From positions 1 through 64,000 of the forward strand of contig JAHLWZ010000158.1 in assembly GCA_020536535.1 (NCBI GenBank): a stretch of 64,000 nt of DNA. Direction: 5' to 3'. Shown here one piece after another: positions 1 to 11,520 of the stretch. The first letter of the stretch is position 1. Every line of letters begins with the position of its first letter. Both the position numbers and the translations under genes were made by a program. The notes beneath the pieces were generated by a model that did no database searches, was not told the DNA's origin, and saw nothing but the letters and a program-made list of their open reading frames with translations. The DNA is from Pelomyxa schiedti (lineage: Eukaryota; Protista; Evosea).

Positions 1-21
1 TCTCTCTCTCTCTATTGAGAG

Positions 22-544
22 ACCTATGTTGCAAAAGCCATTGGAATGTATATCAACCCTTGGCCACGGTATTACAACTTTGATTTATTGTTTTGTTGCT
101 CTGATTTTCCTTTTCCCACCTCGGACTGGCCTTTTGCCGTTGCTTTCTTCTTATTTCTTTCATAAATAGCGGGACAGCAGTTGGATTCAAAAAATATGGA
201 TCAGAGGAAGAGCTGAGCTGGAATCCAGTCAAACATTTGACTGACACCTGTCCTATACCCATTTTACTTTCATGACTTTTACTACATACATATAAACACC
301 CAGGTGGTTCTATTCTTGCATTTCCTCAAAGTGGAAATCCATATCAAAGGAAACAAAGGTAACCACCCAAAAATGGGAAACATAAGTGAACCCCAGTCAA
401 AGTCTGTCATGGCGGGACCCCGCGACACTCTGAGCCATAAGCATCAGAGGGAGCAAGTCTATGTAAGCCAAGCTTCTACACTCACTCCTCAAACTAAATA
501 CTCCATTTCTCAGGTGAACCGGTTGTTCCGGCAAATGTACGTTG
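22..544 (+). repeat. Duplicated segment (copy 1) with chromodomain-like and EF-hand-like gene fragments
   Basis: Near-identical to 4845-5367 (ACCTATGTTGCAAAAGCC...GCAAATGTACGTTG). Encodes VGFKKYGSEEELSWNPVKHL and MGNISEPQS...VNRLFRQMYV. Runs into an N gap. Confidence 0.85.
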
Positions 545-644
545 NNNNNNNNNNNNNNNNNNNNNNNNNNNNNNNNNNNNNNNNNNNNNNNNNNNNNNNN
601 NNNNNNNNNNNNNNNNNNNNNNNNNNNNNNNNNNNNNNNNNNNN
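545..644. other. Assembly gap (100 N)
   Basis: Run of N. Confidence 1.
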
Positions 645-718
645 GCCAAGCACACATTGTTGCATAGTGTCATTGTAGATGGGCATAACAAATTGTGTTG
701 GGGTTGCTGCTCTCACGT

Positions 719-921
719 AGCCGTACCCGTCGCCGTCGCCGCAGCCGTCGCCGCAGCCGTCGCCGCAGCCGTCGCCGCAGCCGCAGCCGTAGCCGCAGCC
801 GTCGCCGCAGCCGTCGCCGCAGCCGTCGCCGTCGCCGTCGCCGTCGCCGCAGCCGCAGCCGTCGCCGTCGCCGCAGCCGCAGCCGTCGCCGTCGCCGTCG
901 CCGCAGCCGTCGCCGTCGCCG
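719..921. repeat. Mixed hexamer microsatellite (GCCGTC/GCCGCA)n
   Basis: About 33 tandem hexamers. Produces spurious GDGCG, AVAA and RSRR ORFs in several frames. Confidence 0.95.
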
Positions 922-1906
922 TTTGGCAACGTGGCCTCCGCACTCTTTTTTTGTTTTTGTTCCCTTGCAACTGTGTATTCGTGGGCACGAGTTCCCAACA
1001 GATCTCAGCTCTGAGCACTACTCAAGCAATGTCAGTCTGCCTGCACACCATCAGCACAAAGAATAACCAGAACACCGTACAACCTCCCAGTTAGAAAATC
1101 TACAGTATTTATGGGGGTTTCCGACGTTAATAAAAGCTCCTCCCATAAATATCAACGTCCACACCCAAAAATGGTTCCGAACCAAACGAGCCAAAACAAA
1201 ATGTGGCCCACTTGAACCGGCAGGCCAATAATTGATACCGGAAATACAAATTGAATCCTTGAAGTAAAACAGGGCATTGAATGCTCCAGGGATGTTCTTT
1301 GCTTTCCCCATGGATTTCAGGGTAAGAGTGCAACTACTGCAAGAAAGCGAAGCTGATATGTGTGGCTCAATTTCTTCGCGATATTGATTTGGGTCAAACA
1401 ATCAAATTGAATGGTGTTGCAATGTTCACTGGATACAACAAACCCAAGAAGGACTTTTTGACCCTGTGGGAGTTGGTCAAGCCAAAGTTTGTGACTGGGA
1501 TCGTTGACAACAGTTGTATGGAGTTGTCTTCAAAGTAAGTGTCTCTTTCTAGAAATCGGCATCACATTAAAACACTGCAACCAGATATTCTTCGCAGTCT
1601 ACCTTTCTGGACCACAGGTTGAATTCCATCTGGAAGCATAAAGCGGCGGAGTCTTTTTGGAAAACCAGTCACACATGTGGGCTATGGTGTACGCAACATT
1701 GTTCATGAATATGTACCGTGATTGCCCGAAGTTCCTTCTCCTGGAGGTGTGTGGATCCTTCCTTGGTTAAATGAGTTACCAACTCATTTCGCAGCTCATG
1801 GAGGCACACGAACCTAGTGGGATGGTGGTCACCGCAGTCGATGAGGGCTTGCACAGCTTTCTCAAAATTGGACTCACAATCCGTCCAGTGATGTCCAAGG
1901 AGATTA

Positions 1907-4594
1907 CACCGGAATGCGTTTGCCACTGGAAAAATTTGAACGCGAATGGTGTTTTTTTTTAAACACAAATCGGAACCGCGTAGTGTTTTTGAATGAGAGA
2001 GTTACAGATTTTTTTAAAAAAACGAACGAAACGAAGCCACCCGACGGAATTAAATTTTGTATTTTTTTTCCTTCCTACTTTTCCCCTTAAACTTCGGAGG
2101 GGATAGGCTCCGCTCCCTTGGGACAGTTTTTTGTAGGAGTGTTACAATCGTCATCACCTCAGAGAGTTCCACAATCTCATCTCCCCAGAAATGCGGAAAG
2201 AGACTTTGCTGGGATCTGAGCCGATCTGCTCCTGGTGCAAAGGGGGAAAAAAAAAAAAAAGAGGCAAAGTCACTTTACAACTGCGTTTTAACAAAAAAAC
2301 AAATAACCAACTGTGTTGCACTCTCCCGTGCCGGCTCCGTAGGTGACGAAACGACAACCACAGCCAACGCAACAGCTACCGCAACACCCAATTCTCTTGG
2401 CTGGGCTAGGCTCCGACTGTTATGACGATTGCGACTGCGACTACGAGTACAAACACAGGCGCAACCGCGATCGCAATCGCAAACGCAACCGCAATCACAA
2501 CCGAATAGCGGTCGCGAAGACCGCGACCACAACCTCGGCTACATCGACAATTCCCACCTCTTTAACTTTTTTTTTTACCAAAGCATTAATTGTCACTTGT
2601 GGGATACACGGCATTATCTCGTAAGTAAAGTACCCTCTTTTTACAGATAGTTTTTAGATTTTCCTGAACTGCCCCACCAACCTCTGTCGAGCCTCTGCCT
2701 TCTCCTAGTACACCGCACTCTCCTCACACCACAGTTCGTTGCACACAAGCCACACTACCGCCGTCCCTGTGCGCCGCGGTTAAACAAGAAACGCTTTTTT
2801 TCGCTCTCATTTTCGTTATCGGCGGTGTATTTTCTTCACCAAATCCCAAATCAATACATTTATTGGAAATCGCTGTGTGATCGAAATTATGTGAAATACC
2901 AGACAATGTCTGGATCTCAACAGAGCTCAGTCTCTGTTTATATTGGTTTTTTTCATTTTTGCGGACATGAGTTTGTAGAGCTCTCCGAGGCGATGACGAC
3001 TGGGAACCTCCCCCTGGAAACTGTCCCCAGGGAGCGGAGCCTATCCGAAGTTTAAGGGGGGAAAAAAAAAAGTTTCAAAAATCGCGAGTTGGCACTTTTT
3101 AAAAAAATCTGTAACTCTCTCATTGGGGCTCCTTTTAAGCGTTGGTTTTTTTTGAAAAAAAATATGACAAAGCAAGGGGTACCATGAGCGAAGTGGGCTG
3201 TGGAAAAGCGTGCTGGACTGCACCGTTTTTGAATCTTGTTTTTTTTGTTTTTTGATTACGGCCAGCATTGTTGACGGGAAACCTGGTGCACACCAGGCAT
3301 TGCTGCATAAGAGACTCTCCAGCAAGCCAAATACAGAAATTACAAGATGACTACGTTGTCCTGCGCCCCATATGTATAAAACCAACAAAACATGTACTTT
3401 ATGTCTATTATAACACCAAGCCAGCTACTTCTACTTTCGCAGCCCTTACAACACCAAGGTTTGGTTTTTTTCACGACCACAACCATGACATCACTACATT
3501 GAAGGTTGTTTTTTTTACTGGTTTTTTTATAATTAATTATATCAAAGATTTCCTTCTGATGCAAGTCCGCCATCACATAAGTAGAGACCCCGTTTATGCT
3601 TCCCTCCGCTTTCTCCCTTACACAACATTCTTTACAAAAAAAAAAGTCTATTCGTTTTGACAAGTGTTGCTATTGACATTGTGTCTCAGTGAAAAGGGAG
3701 ATAATAGAAATGGCTTTATTTCATTTTGACCGGTAGTGGAAGTGGTGAGTTCTGTGTGTCGTTGTGACTTAAAAGTCGGTGTGTGCAAGGTGTAAGTCAC
3801 ACTCCCGCTCCAGGTGTGGCAACTCAGACAAAATCGGGAGAGGATGTTGGTCTTGTTGGAATTAATTTGAAAGAGGCAGTAAGCACACATACCTACGCAA
3901 AAGTAAGTGGCCTCTCTGTTCTACTATAGCACCAATATTTGGGTGAAAATAAAATAATACACTTCGTACACAATAGAGACCTACACCTATTTCATCAACA
4001 GCAATATTGTGAGTCCTTTTTCAACAATAAGATACTCATTGTGATATATATAAAAGAGAAACCCTTTTAGGGATCGGCAGTTGTGTCTTGCCACCATAAT
4101 ATTCGCTGGGCCTTTTTTGTTGGTTTAGGTTGGTTTAGAGGAACATTTTTGTTTGGTAGAGAACCTCAATTTGCTCCAAAGGTGTTCTTTGTTGTCCGGC
4201 TTATATCAGGAACCTGGATAGTATTAGTACCTAACATAGGGAAAAAAAGGGAAGGTTTTCACAACCACCAGTAGAAGTTTCGAGCAACCGCATCCAATTA
4301 GTCAAACAAAACAACAACGCGCACTTCGGGGATGTCGCGGTGGTCGGCCAACTTGGTGTCGTCAAAGTCCTCGTTGTTTTTGCTGTGTGCACCACAACTC
4401 CAGTTCAAGCAGCCCAACACGCTTTTCCACAGCCCACTTCGCTCATGGTACCCCTTGCTTTGTCATATTTTTTTTCAAAAAAAACCAACGCTTAAAAGGA
4501 GCCCCATTCAAAAACACGACGCGGTTCCGATTTGTGTTTAAAAAAAAAACACCATTCGCGTTCAAATTTTTCTACGTTCATTCGCATTCCGGTG
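1907..4594. mobile_element. Non-autonomous DNA transposon with ~180-bp TIRs and TA flanks (Tc1/mariner-like ends)
   Basis: TA|CACCGGAATGCG at 1905 and CGCATTCCGGTG|TA at 4596. The left TIR (1907-1994 plus 3125-3212) is the reverse complement of ~4418-4594. Removing the element leaves an open frame across the junction. No transposase recognised. Confidence 0.8.
1995..3121. mobile_element. Nested ~1.13-kb TIR element inserted in the left TIR of the outer element
   Basis: Perfect 26-bp TIR GAGAGAGTTACAGATTTTTTTAAAAA (1995-2020 and 3096-3121). Subterminal IR ~2081-2129 / ~3018-3064. Flanks are AAT/ATT. The empty site (TTTTGAATGGGGCTCC) is present, as reverse complement, at ~4500 and ~6720. Confidence 0.85.
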
Positions 4595-4844
4595 TACCAT
4601 AATTCCGACCGTAGCGATTGACTGGATACACCTGCAAGCACACAGCAACAACCACGGCGGCGGCGATGGTGGAGCCGCGGCGCGTCGCCCCGGACGACAA
4701 CGCCAGCCGCGGGCCCACAACAGCCACCGGTGAGGCTGATGATTGTGCAATCCCACAATGGCGTAGTTGCTCCGGGCGTGTGCGTGTGCGTGTGCGCGTG
4801 CGCGTGCGCCGTAAACGTTAGTTATAACTTATGGGCGTATTATA

Positions 4845-5453
4845 ACCTATGTTGCAAAAGCCATTGGAATGTATATCAACCCTTGGCCACGGTATTACAA
4901 CTTTGATTTATTGTTTTGTTGTTCTGATTTTCCTTTTCCCACCTTTCTTCTTACTTCTTTCATAAATAGCGGGACAGCAGTTGGATTCAAAAAATATGGA
5001 TCAGAGGAAGAGCTGAGCTGGAATCCAGTCAAACATTTGACTGACACCTATCCTATACCCATTTTACTTTCATGACTTTTACTACATACATATAAACACC
5101 CAGGTTCACATAAAAGGTGGTTTTATTCTTAAATTATGCATTTCCTCAAAGTGGAAATCCATATCAAAGGAAACAAAGGTAACCACCCAAAAATGGGAAA
5201 CATAAGTGAACCCCAGTCAAAGTCTGTCATGGCGGGGTCCCGCCATGACACTCTGAGCCATAAGCATCAGAGGGAGCAAGTCTATGTAAGCCAAGCTTCT
5301 ACACTCACTCCTCAAACTAAATACTCCATTTCTCAGGTGAACCGGTTGTTCCGGCAAATGTACGTTGATTCCTCCGGAACCATCACCGCTGATGATTTGA
5401 AAGCCAGCCTGAACGCCTTCTCCATTATGAGTTTGATACCTACCCCTCAGTGA
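4845..5453 (+). pseudogene. Duplicated segment (copy 2): chromodomain-like fragment plus MG-start EF-hand fragment
   Basis: Copy of 22-544, continuing into LFRQMYVDSSGTITADDLKASL (EF-hand-like loop) and then an early stop. Confidence 0.5.
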
Positions 5454-6084
5454 AGAGCAGATAAAAAGGGGATGTTAATGTACCGCAACAACAATTCGAC
5501 TCAACACACTCACAAGTTCCCGAGTCCATGCATAACATAATCAATCCCCACACACATACATTTTTGTGATTGTAATGCCAAAGGGTATCTCTTCCATTTC
5601 AACATATATGATCCATTGTGTAGAAGAATCTTCAGATTGGACAAAAAAGCAAAAGAGTACACAACCAACATAACTCTAAAAAAAACCTCTCTGCTGTTAC
5701 AATCGAAATCACAACAAGCCGAATTCGAATCCTTGCCGCCTGTTACTTGGGAAAATACCATCATCAACCTGTCAACCACTGGCAGCAGTGCCCTGCTTAT
5801 CGCTCTTCCAAAAAAAAAAACACAAGCACGTAAAAACAGAAAAACGCAAAGATCTGCTGGGATCGGGAGTGTGCATCACTGACGGGGTGTCGGGTTTCCG
5901 GACGTCCAAGGTGCACATGGCATAAAACACACCCCCCGCTGTTGTGTCGGTTATCTCTGTGTAGTATAACCGACTGCGACCTGATGGGTCCCACCGCCAC
6001 CCTCGGGGGTGGTCGGTTCGGACAGTGCAGGCGGCGAGTATGCCCCCTTGTGACGTCCGTGCAAATCATGCCCCGCCGCAACTG

Positions 6085-6184
6085 NNNNNNNNNNNNNNNN
6101 NNNNNNNNNNNNNNNNNNNNNNNNNNNNNNNNNNNNNNNNNNNNNNNNNNNNNNNNNNNNNNNNNNNNNNNNNNNNNNNNNNNN
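6085..6184. other. Assembly gap (100 N)
   Basis: Run of N. Confidence 1.
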
Positions 6185-6815
6185 AGCAACACTTGTCAAA
6201 ACGAATAGACTTTTTTTTTTTGTAAAGAATGTTGTGTAAGGGAGAAAGCGGAGGGAAGCATAAACGGGGTATCTACTTATGTGATGGCGGACTTGCATCA
6301 GAAGGAAATCTTTGATATAATTAATTATAAAAAAACCAGTAAAAAAAACAACCTTCAATGTAGTGATGGCATGGTTGTGGTCGTGAAAAAAACCAAACCT
6401 TGGTGTTGTAAGGGCTGCGAAAGCAGAAGTAGCCGGCTTGGTGTTATAATAGACATAAAGTACATGTTTTGTTGGTTTTATACATATGGGGCGCAGGACA
6501 ACGTCGTCATCTTGAAGAGTCTCTTATGCAGCAATGCCTGGTGTGCACCAGGTTTCCCGTCAACAATGCTGGCCGTAATCAAAAAACAAAAAAAACAAGA
6601 TTCAAAAACACAACCCCATTCCAGTTCAAGCAGCCCAACACGCTTTTCCACAGCCCACTTCGCTCATGGTACCCCTTGCTTTGTCATATATTTTTTCAAA
6701 AAAAACCAACGCTTAAAAGGAGCCCCATTCAAAAACACGACGCGGTTCCGATTTGTGTTTAAAAATAAAACACCATTCGCGTTCAAATTTTTCTACGTTC
6801 AATCGCATTCCGGTG
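6185..6815. mobile_element. Second, inverted copy of the long-TIR element (truncated by the gap)
   Basis: 6185-6726 is the reverse complement of 3125-3671. Ends CGCATTCCGGTG|TA at 6815-6817. Confidence 0.8.
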
Positions 6816-6847
6816 TACATCAAACCCCAGTTTGTACAAAAGATTTG

Positions 6848-8110
6848 ATGAGCCTGGTAAAGATACCGTTGCGTATAACTAACGTATCCCAGCGGACTCA
6901 TGGCCAACTTTTGGCGTTGGTGATGGCATCCCACACTCGGTGTGGTGCAGGGAGCCCCGCGCGCCACTTTGTGTCTCTCCCTCCGCTCGTGACCGCACCA
7001 TTGTGGGACTGGTGCCTCCACGACACCGAAGTTGTCTTGTGTGTCGTTGCGTCACTTTCTCATCCCAAAGCATTGTGCTATTACACCTTTGGCGTCTCAT
7101 GTTCCCTGTTGAGTGTCACGAGGGAAATAAACGTGCACAACTGCTGCTGGGCCTGGAAGGGTACCATCCCCTGGTTGCATCCCATGACTCCCAGCCTGGC
7201 CATTGCGTCTGATGCTACCCTCTGGAGCCGTGAATACTCGCTGTTCAACGTTGTGACTCAGCAGAAGCGGGATTTGCTGAAGTCAACTTCCCGAAGCATG
7301 GCTAACATGTCGACTCAGAGTGGGAATGAAAAGTGGTGGATCCACTGTGATTCAATGAAAACACTGGAAATCGCTGACATGACTGCTGAGGGTGATAGTT
7401 CTGGCAGATTGATATCCTGTAGTGTTGTGACTGGGCTTGAGGCTAATTATGGAAGCGAGCATTTTACCGAGGTCGTGTGCAATAGAATCTCATTAAGCAG
7501 GAATATTCCTGATGAAGCTATGCTTGCGATGTCTGAAGTTTCACAGAGGTTCGATTTCCTCGTTGTGATTGATGTCCAGCAGAGCTACATCACAAAAAAG
7601 CTTGCCGTGTTGAGCTTCACAAAGTTACCTCCAAGCCAAGGCCCCATCATTGGATCGTGTGTTTTCATGAAGAAGTCCACTGGCCACCGTGCTTTGTTTG
7701 TCACTGACAAGACCAGGTTACCTCAGGGAGGTGTGATTCTGTATGAAGTTGCAGAGGGTGTTGGCACCATGAAATCAATTTCCAGTGGGGTTGTGAGAAT
7801 GTCACAGCTGAGCTCCTTTCTGCTTGGAATCTTAAAGAGTGAGGGTCATCTTGAAGTGTGGGACTGCAACAGCACATCAGCTCCCCTGAGAGTGATTAAC
7901 ACAGAGGAAAGGCTGGGTGTATTACCCGAAGCAACATCTGCACTCCCATTTTTGGTGGGGCCAAATTTCATCATTCGGAAACTACCCACAAGCCGCAAGG
8001 ATTGTCTCGAGGTGATGGCAGCAGCTTCCACTGACAGTACAATAGTCACTGTGGCCACAATCTCACTTACCTCAGAATTCACAACATTTACTGCCACCAG
8101 TTTGCTGTGA
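6848..8110 (+). CDS. Lineage-specific intronless protein of the 'QLLALxMASHxRCGAxSP' family, with a beta-rich C-terminus
   Basis: ATG at 6848 (MSLVKIP...). Shares QLxALxMASHxRCGAxSPARHFxSLP...LWDWCLHDTEVV and (H/V)(L/E)xxWDCN with 11816-13087. The upstream part of ORF 6281 is transposon sequence. Confidence 0.75.
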   Translation: MSLVKIPLRITNVSQRTHGQLLALVMASHTRCGAGSPARHFVSLPPLVTAPLWDWCLHDTEVVLCVVASLSHPKALCYYTFGVSCSLLSVTREINVHNCCWAWKGTIPWLHPMTPSLAIASDATLWSREYSLFNVVTQQKRDLLKSTSRSMANMSTQSGNEKWWIHCDSMKTLEIADMTAEGDSSGRLISCSVVTGLEANYGSEHFTEVVCNRISLSRNIPDEAMLAMSEVSQRFDFLVVIDVQQSYITKKLAVLSFTKLPPSQGPIIGSCVFMKKSTGHRALFVTDKTRLPQGGVILYEVAEGVGTMKSISSGVVRMSQLSSFLLGILKSEGHLEVWDCNSTSAPLRVINTEERLGVLPEATSALPFLVGPNFIIRKLPTSRKDCLEVMAAASTDSTIVTVATISLTSEFTTFTATSLL

Positions 8111-8160
8111 GAAAAGAAAAAACTGGAAAAGAAACAGTTAGGAAATACCGAACAGCCAGC

Positions 8161-10036
8161 ATGGCATCATCGTCGACGTCGACATCGACATCGGCACCAG
8201 GGGTGGTGGCGTGGCGCACGTGCGTGAGGAGGCAGATAGGCACGCTGCTGTGTTGCGCCGCGTCGATCCCCCGCCTCACGGGAGGCGCCCCCGCGGCGCC
8301 CTCGCTGCCGCACCCCCCGCCCCGCTCGCCGTCGGCACCGCTGCCCCTGGTCCCGTCGTTGGCCAACGGGAGCAGCCCCGGCTCCTCGTTGCACCGCGAG
8401 GAGGAGCGAGAGCGGGAGGGGCAGGGGCAGGGGCGAGGGGTGGTGAGGGAGGGGCTGCCGATTGGGGTTGTGCGTGGGGTGCTGGAATGGGCTTACCCCG
8501 CGGTATGACTCACTTGTAGTTATTGTTGCGTTGTGATGATGATTGTTTGTGTGTTGTTTATGGAGTCAGCTTGTTATTGCAATATCCAAAACAATTAATT
8601 AATTTGTTGAGGGGCAGCCACACAGGGTGGGATGGGCAGGGAGTGCTCCTGTTGGTTCTGTCACCACTCCTTCCAAGTGGAGTGAAGTTTTGTCGAGGGC
8701 ACTGGGTGATGCTTCTTCCAAGCCAACTTTCGAGGAAGCTGTCATGGCAACCGGAATGAAGAACCCAATGAAGGTTGGTACTTATTGTTGTGGAAGTTTG
8801 TTTGACAACAAGAACAGGTAATTGAGATGTGCCGGAATATTGTTGATGGAATTCCAGAGAGTGACAGGCATGATAGGGAGGCGTATTGTGCCGTTGCATT
8901 ATACACACTTGATTTGGGGAGAGGTGAGAGCAACCCAAATGCGCTTCTGAACAGGGCAATTTCCGAAGACAATGCCGACCTACTTGCGAAATGGCGCGGT
9001 GTAATTTCTCTTCTCGTTACAGCATTGACTGAAATGCAACCGTGCTTGGTGTTAACCATGTACATTGTTGCCCGCATCAATGTCACGGAAGAGGACAAGG
9101 CGTTGTTTTGGACAACATTCTCGTCAGCAACAACTGGTTTGGGCTGTTTTTTCGGCGTTTATTGAGAAATACCTAGCTAACGACGAAACAGATGTTACAT
9201 TTCTGAAATCCAACTCATTTGAAAACGACCCCAGGGAATCCATTCTCTCTCTTTCAGGTGTTGCCTTTGACTTGACGGAGTTCTCCTCTTCAGGGAAGAA
9301 AGGTTTTCTCTCTTTTTGTCTCTGGCAATAATTTTCACGCAGAACAACCTGACACTGCTGGTTGCTGCCGGCAAACGCAACAGAATTCTTGATTGTTCCC
9401 GGAAGGAAGTACTCCATCATCAGCAGGAGCACGTCATGCAACGCGCTTACACCCATTCTGAACCTGTTTGACACGCACTCCAATTCGCCCCTGACCAAGA
9501 TCCTCAATTCCTCCGGAACCTTCAAACGGACCCGCAAAGAAGTAATCAGTATCAACACCACTGAAACTGGGTGGCTTGTATGTGAGCCGGCAACACCCAA
9601 ATGGGACCCCAGTGCACCCAACGAGGTGAACGTGGAATTCCGGCCCCCAATACACCCCTATTCCCTTGGATTCTACGTTGTCACATTCAAGCTTCCCTGT
9701 GACTACCCGTTCAAGGCACCCATTGTCAAATTCAAAACTCCGATTCTACACCCCAACCTCAACAACCAATTCGGCCTTTGCTGCTGTGACTGCATGCTGC
9801 CGGTTCTAGGAAACCAGTGGATGCCAAACATCACCATCCAGTCAGTGATGAATTCCATATGCAGCTGGATGCAGACAGAAAGTTCATGGACTGAGAATGC
9901 ATGTGGTGGGAGACCAGATATCAGGCAGTTGTACCTCAACAACAAGGCTGAGTTTATGAGACAGGCTGAGAACCATGTAAGACTTCATGCCATACACCCT
10001 CAACTGGAGACTTCGGCTCTGTACTTCAACACATAA
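8161..10036 (+). CDS. Multi-exon fusion: family N-terminal module + degenerate ADP-ribosyltransferase-like domain + ubiquitin-conjugating E2 (UBC) domain
   Basis: UBC motifs: PYSLGFYVVTFKLPCDYPFKAPIVKFKTPILHPN...GLCCCDC...QWMPNITIQSVM. ART-like motifs: AVALYT...LLNRAI...KWRGVISLLVTAL...WTTFSSAT...FDLTEFS...EFLIVPG. GT-AG introns (e.g. 9138-9191) join these in frame. Confidence 0.7.
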
Positions 10037-10166
10037 AAAAAACCACTGGTGCTTACCGTGCTCCAAAAAAAGTTTCCATTTGAAGGGGTTGTCTCCTTTT
10101 TTTCCTTCCACATGTGTGGTCTGTTGTTGACAAAAAGTGTACAAGGCGTTGGGGATTGTGGTGGAA

Positions 10167-11262
10167 TTATTTGGCACTTGTTTCTACTTGCTCTCCTGAC
10201 GTAATAGCTGTAGTCAACTGCACAAAGGCAGCCTGCACGTTGTCTCCTGTCAGGGCGGAGCACTCTCTGTGATGCTGAATGAGGTGTTGTTTGTATAATT
10301 AACAACAGAGACACACATAAATGGAACATGCATTTCGCTGGCCAGTTGCCTTCCAGTGGAAGTTGGTATTTGGCGATGAGCTTCTTCGTCGCACTGTTTT
10401 TATTTTGAAATGAGGGTGAGAACCACAGTGACATGCGATATATTAATTACTACTTATGCTATTGTTAATTCAAACCATGTTGCCCACTAAGACCACAGAA
10501 GCTTCTGGCGAATTCTCTTTGAGCCTTGCATGCCACTTTCTGATATTGTCAAAAGAGCATTGGTTCCTGATGTCACTTGATGATGAAGTGAGTAAAATTG
10601 CAACACTCTCACCATAGGACTATTTCATACTAAACGAGGAGTGCTCCACTCTTGCTCCTAAAATCTAGGAAGTATTTTAGGATGGGAAAGTGATGAATCA
10701 ATGGCCATTATTATTACATGAAGCTGGAAGACACATGCGTCTTTGGTGGAGGGTGAAGGTGTTAGAGAGATTTCAATCAGGAATGATAATACGTTTCTCC
10801 GCCATCCCACTATGATTGAGAAGTGATTAGTATTTAAATCGGAAATAAAAAAGACAAATCAGTAGGTAACTACAATTTGAATATGCACAGGATTGTTATC
10901 GTCACCGAATGTATGCCTCACAAAATTCACGCCGAGAGTCGCATTATAAGTGCTTGAAAATGTATCTCCCTGAGAGGTAAATTATCACGGCCTCATTAAT
11001 CAAGATACGAAAAAAGGTCTCATCTCAGTACACACAGAAAGTCTTTCTGCCAGAGCCGCTTTCATGGGTAAGTAAAAAGACAACTCAATTTACAAAAGTA
11101 CATTTGCCACAGCGCGGATCTCCCAACATTGCAACTTGCAACAGTGGTGGCGCTGTGCCAAAAGGTAAAAAAGAACGAGGCAAGAAAAAAGTAACTTGGA
11201 GCGTGAGTGGCAGTCGTTTCTGTGCTCGCTGTCTCTCCTCCCGATCCAATAGCACCCCCCAT
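10167..11262 (-). CDS. Atypical Rab-like small GTPase (about 10 exons; not visible in the ORF track)
   Basis: Spliced translation: MGGAIGS...LQVAMLGDPRCGKSALAERLSGDTFSSTYNATLGVNFVRHTF...IQIWDGGET...SYFRSKSGALLVYDIRNQCSFDNIRKW...VVLVGNMCDEEAHRQIPTSTGRQLASEMHVPFIECSALTGDNVQAAFVQL...SAK*. Confidence 0.8.
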
Positions 11263-11419
11263 TTTTGATTTGATGGCTGTTGCGCAGTTCCATTGAAAAG
11301 CTGTTTGGCTTTCTTTTCTTGGCTTCTTCCAAGAAAAATAACCCCCAGACCGTTGGTGGCTGTGATGGAACAAAGTTTAACTGACTAAGGCACAAGGGAT
11401 AATGTGCAAGTCACCGTGA

Positions 11420-11520
11420 ACTGGTGGGAGACACAAAGTGGCGTGCCAAGGTCCTCGCACCCATTGTTGGATGCCATCAACAGGGCGAGAGTCTGGTAAC
11501 GTACACGCGAAAACGTGCTG
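11420..11520 (-). pseudogene. Degenerate fragment of the 'MASHxRCGA' family N-terminus
   Basis: RVRYQTLALLMASNNGC followed by frameshifted ARHFVS. DNA resembles 12960-13030. Confidence 0.5.

Noticed and set aside
510-1094. GDGCG-, AVAA- and RS-repeat ORFs
   Set aside because: All derive from a stop-free hexamer microsatellite next to a gap; there is no flanking domain evidence.
3268-3420. Possible His-Cys-box homing endonuclease (GLLESLLCSNAWCAPG)
   Set aside because: The key His residues (SHLC...NPxHL) are absent and the frame differs between the two copies.
1-6815. CRISPR-like or prophage interpretation of the repeats
   Set aside because: No regular repeat-spacer periodicity and no cas or phage genes; the context is eukaryotic with spliceosomal introns.
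6281-8110. 609-aa ORF as a single native protein
   Set aside because: The first 189 codons are transposon/TIR sequence; the paralog alignment supports a start near 6848.
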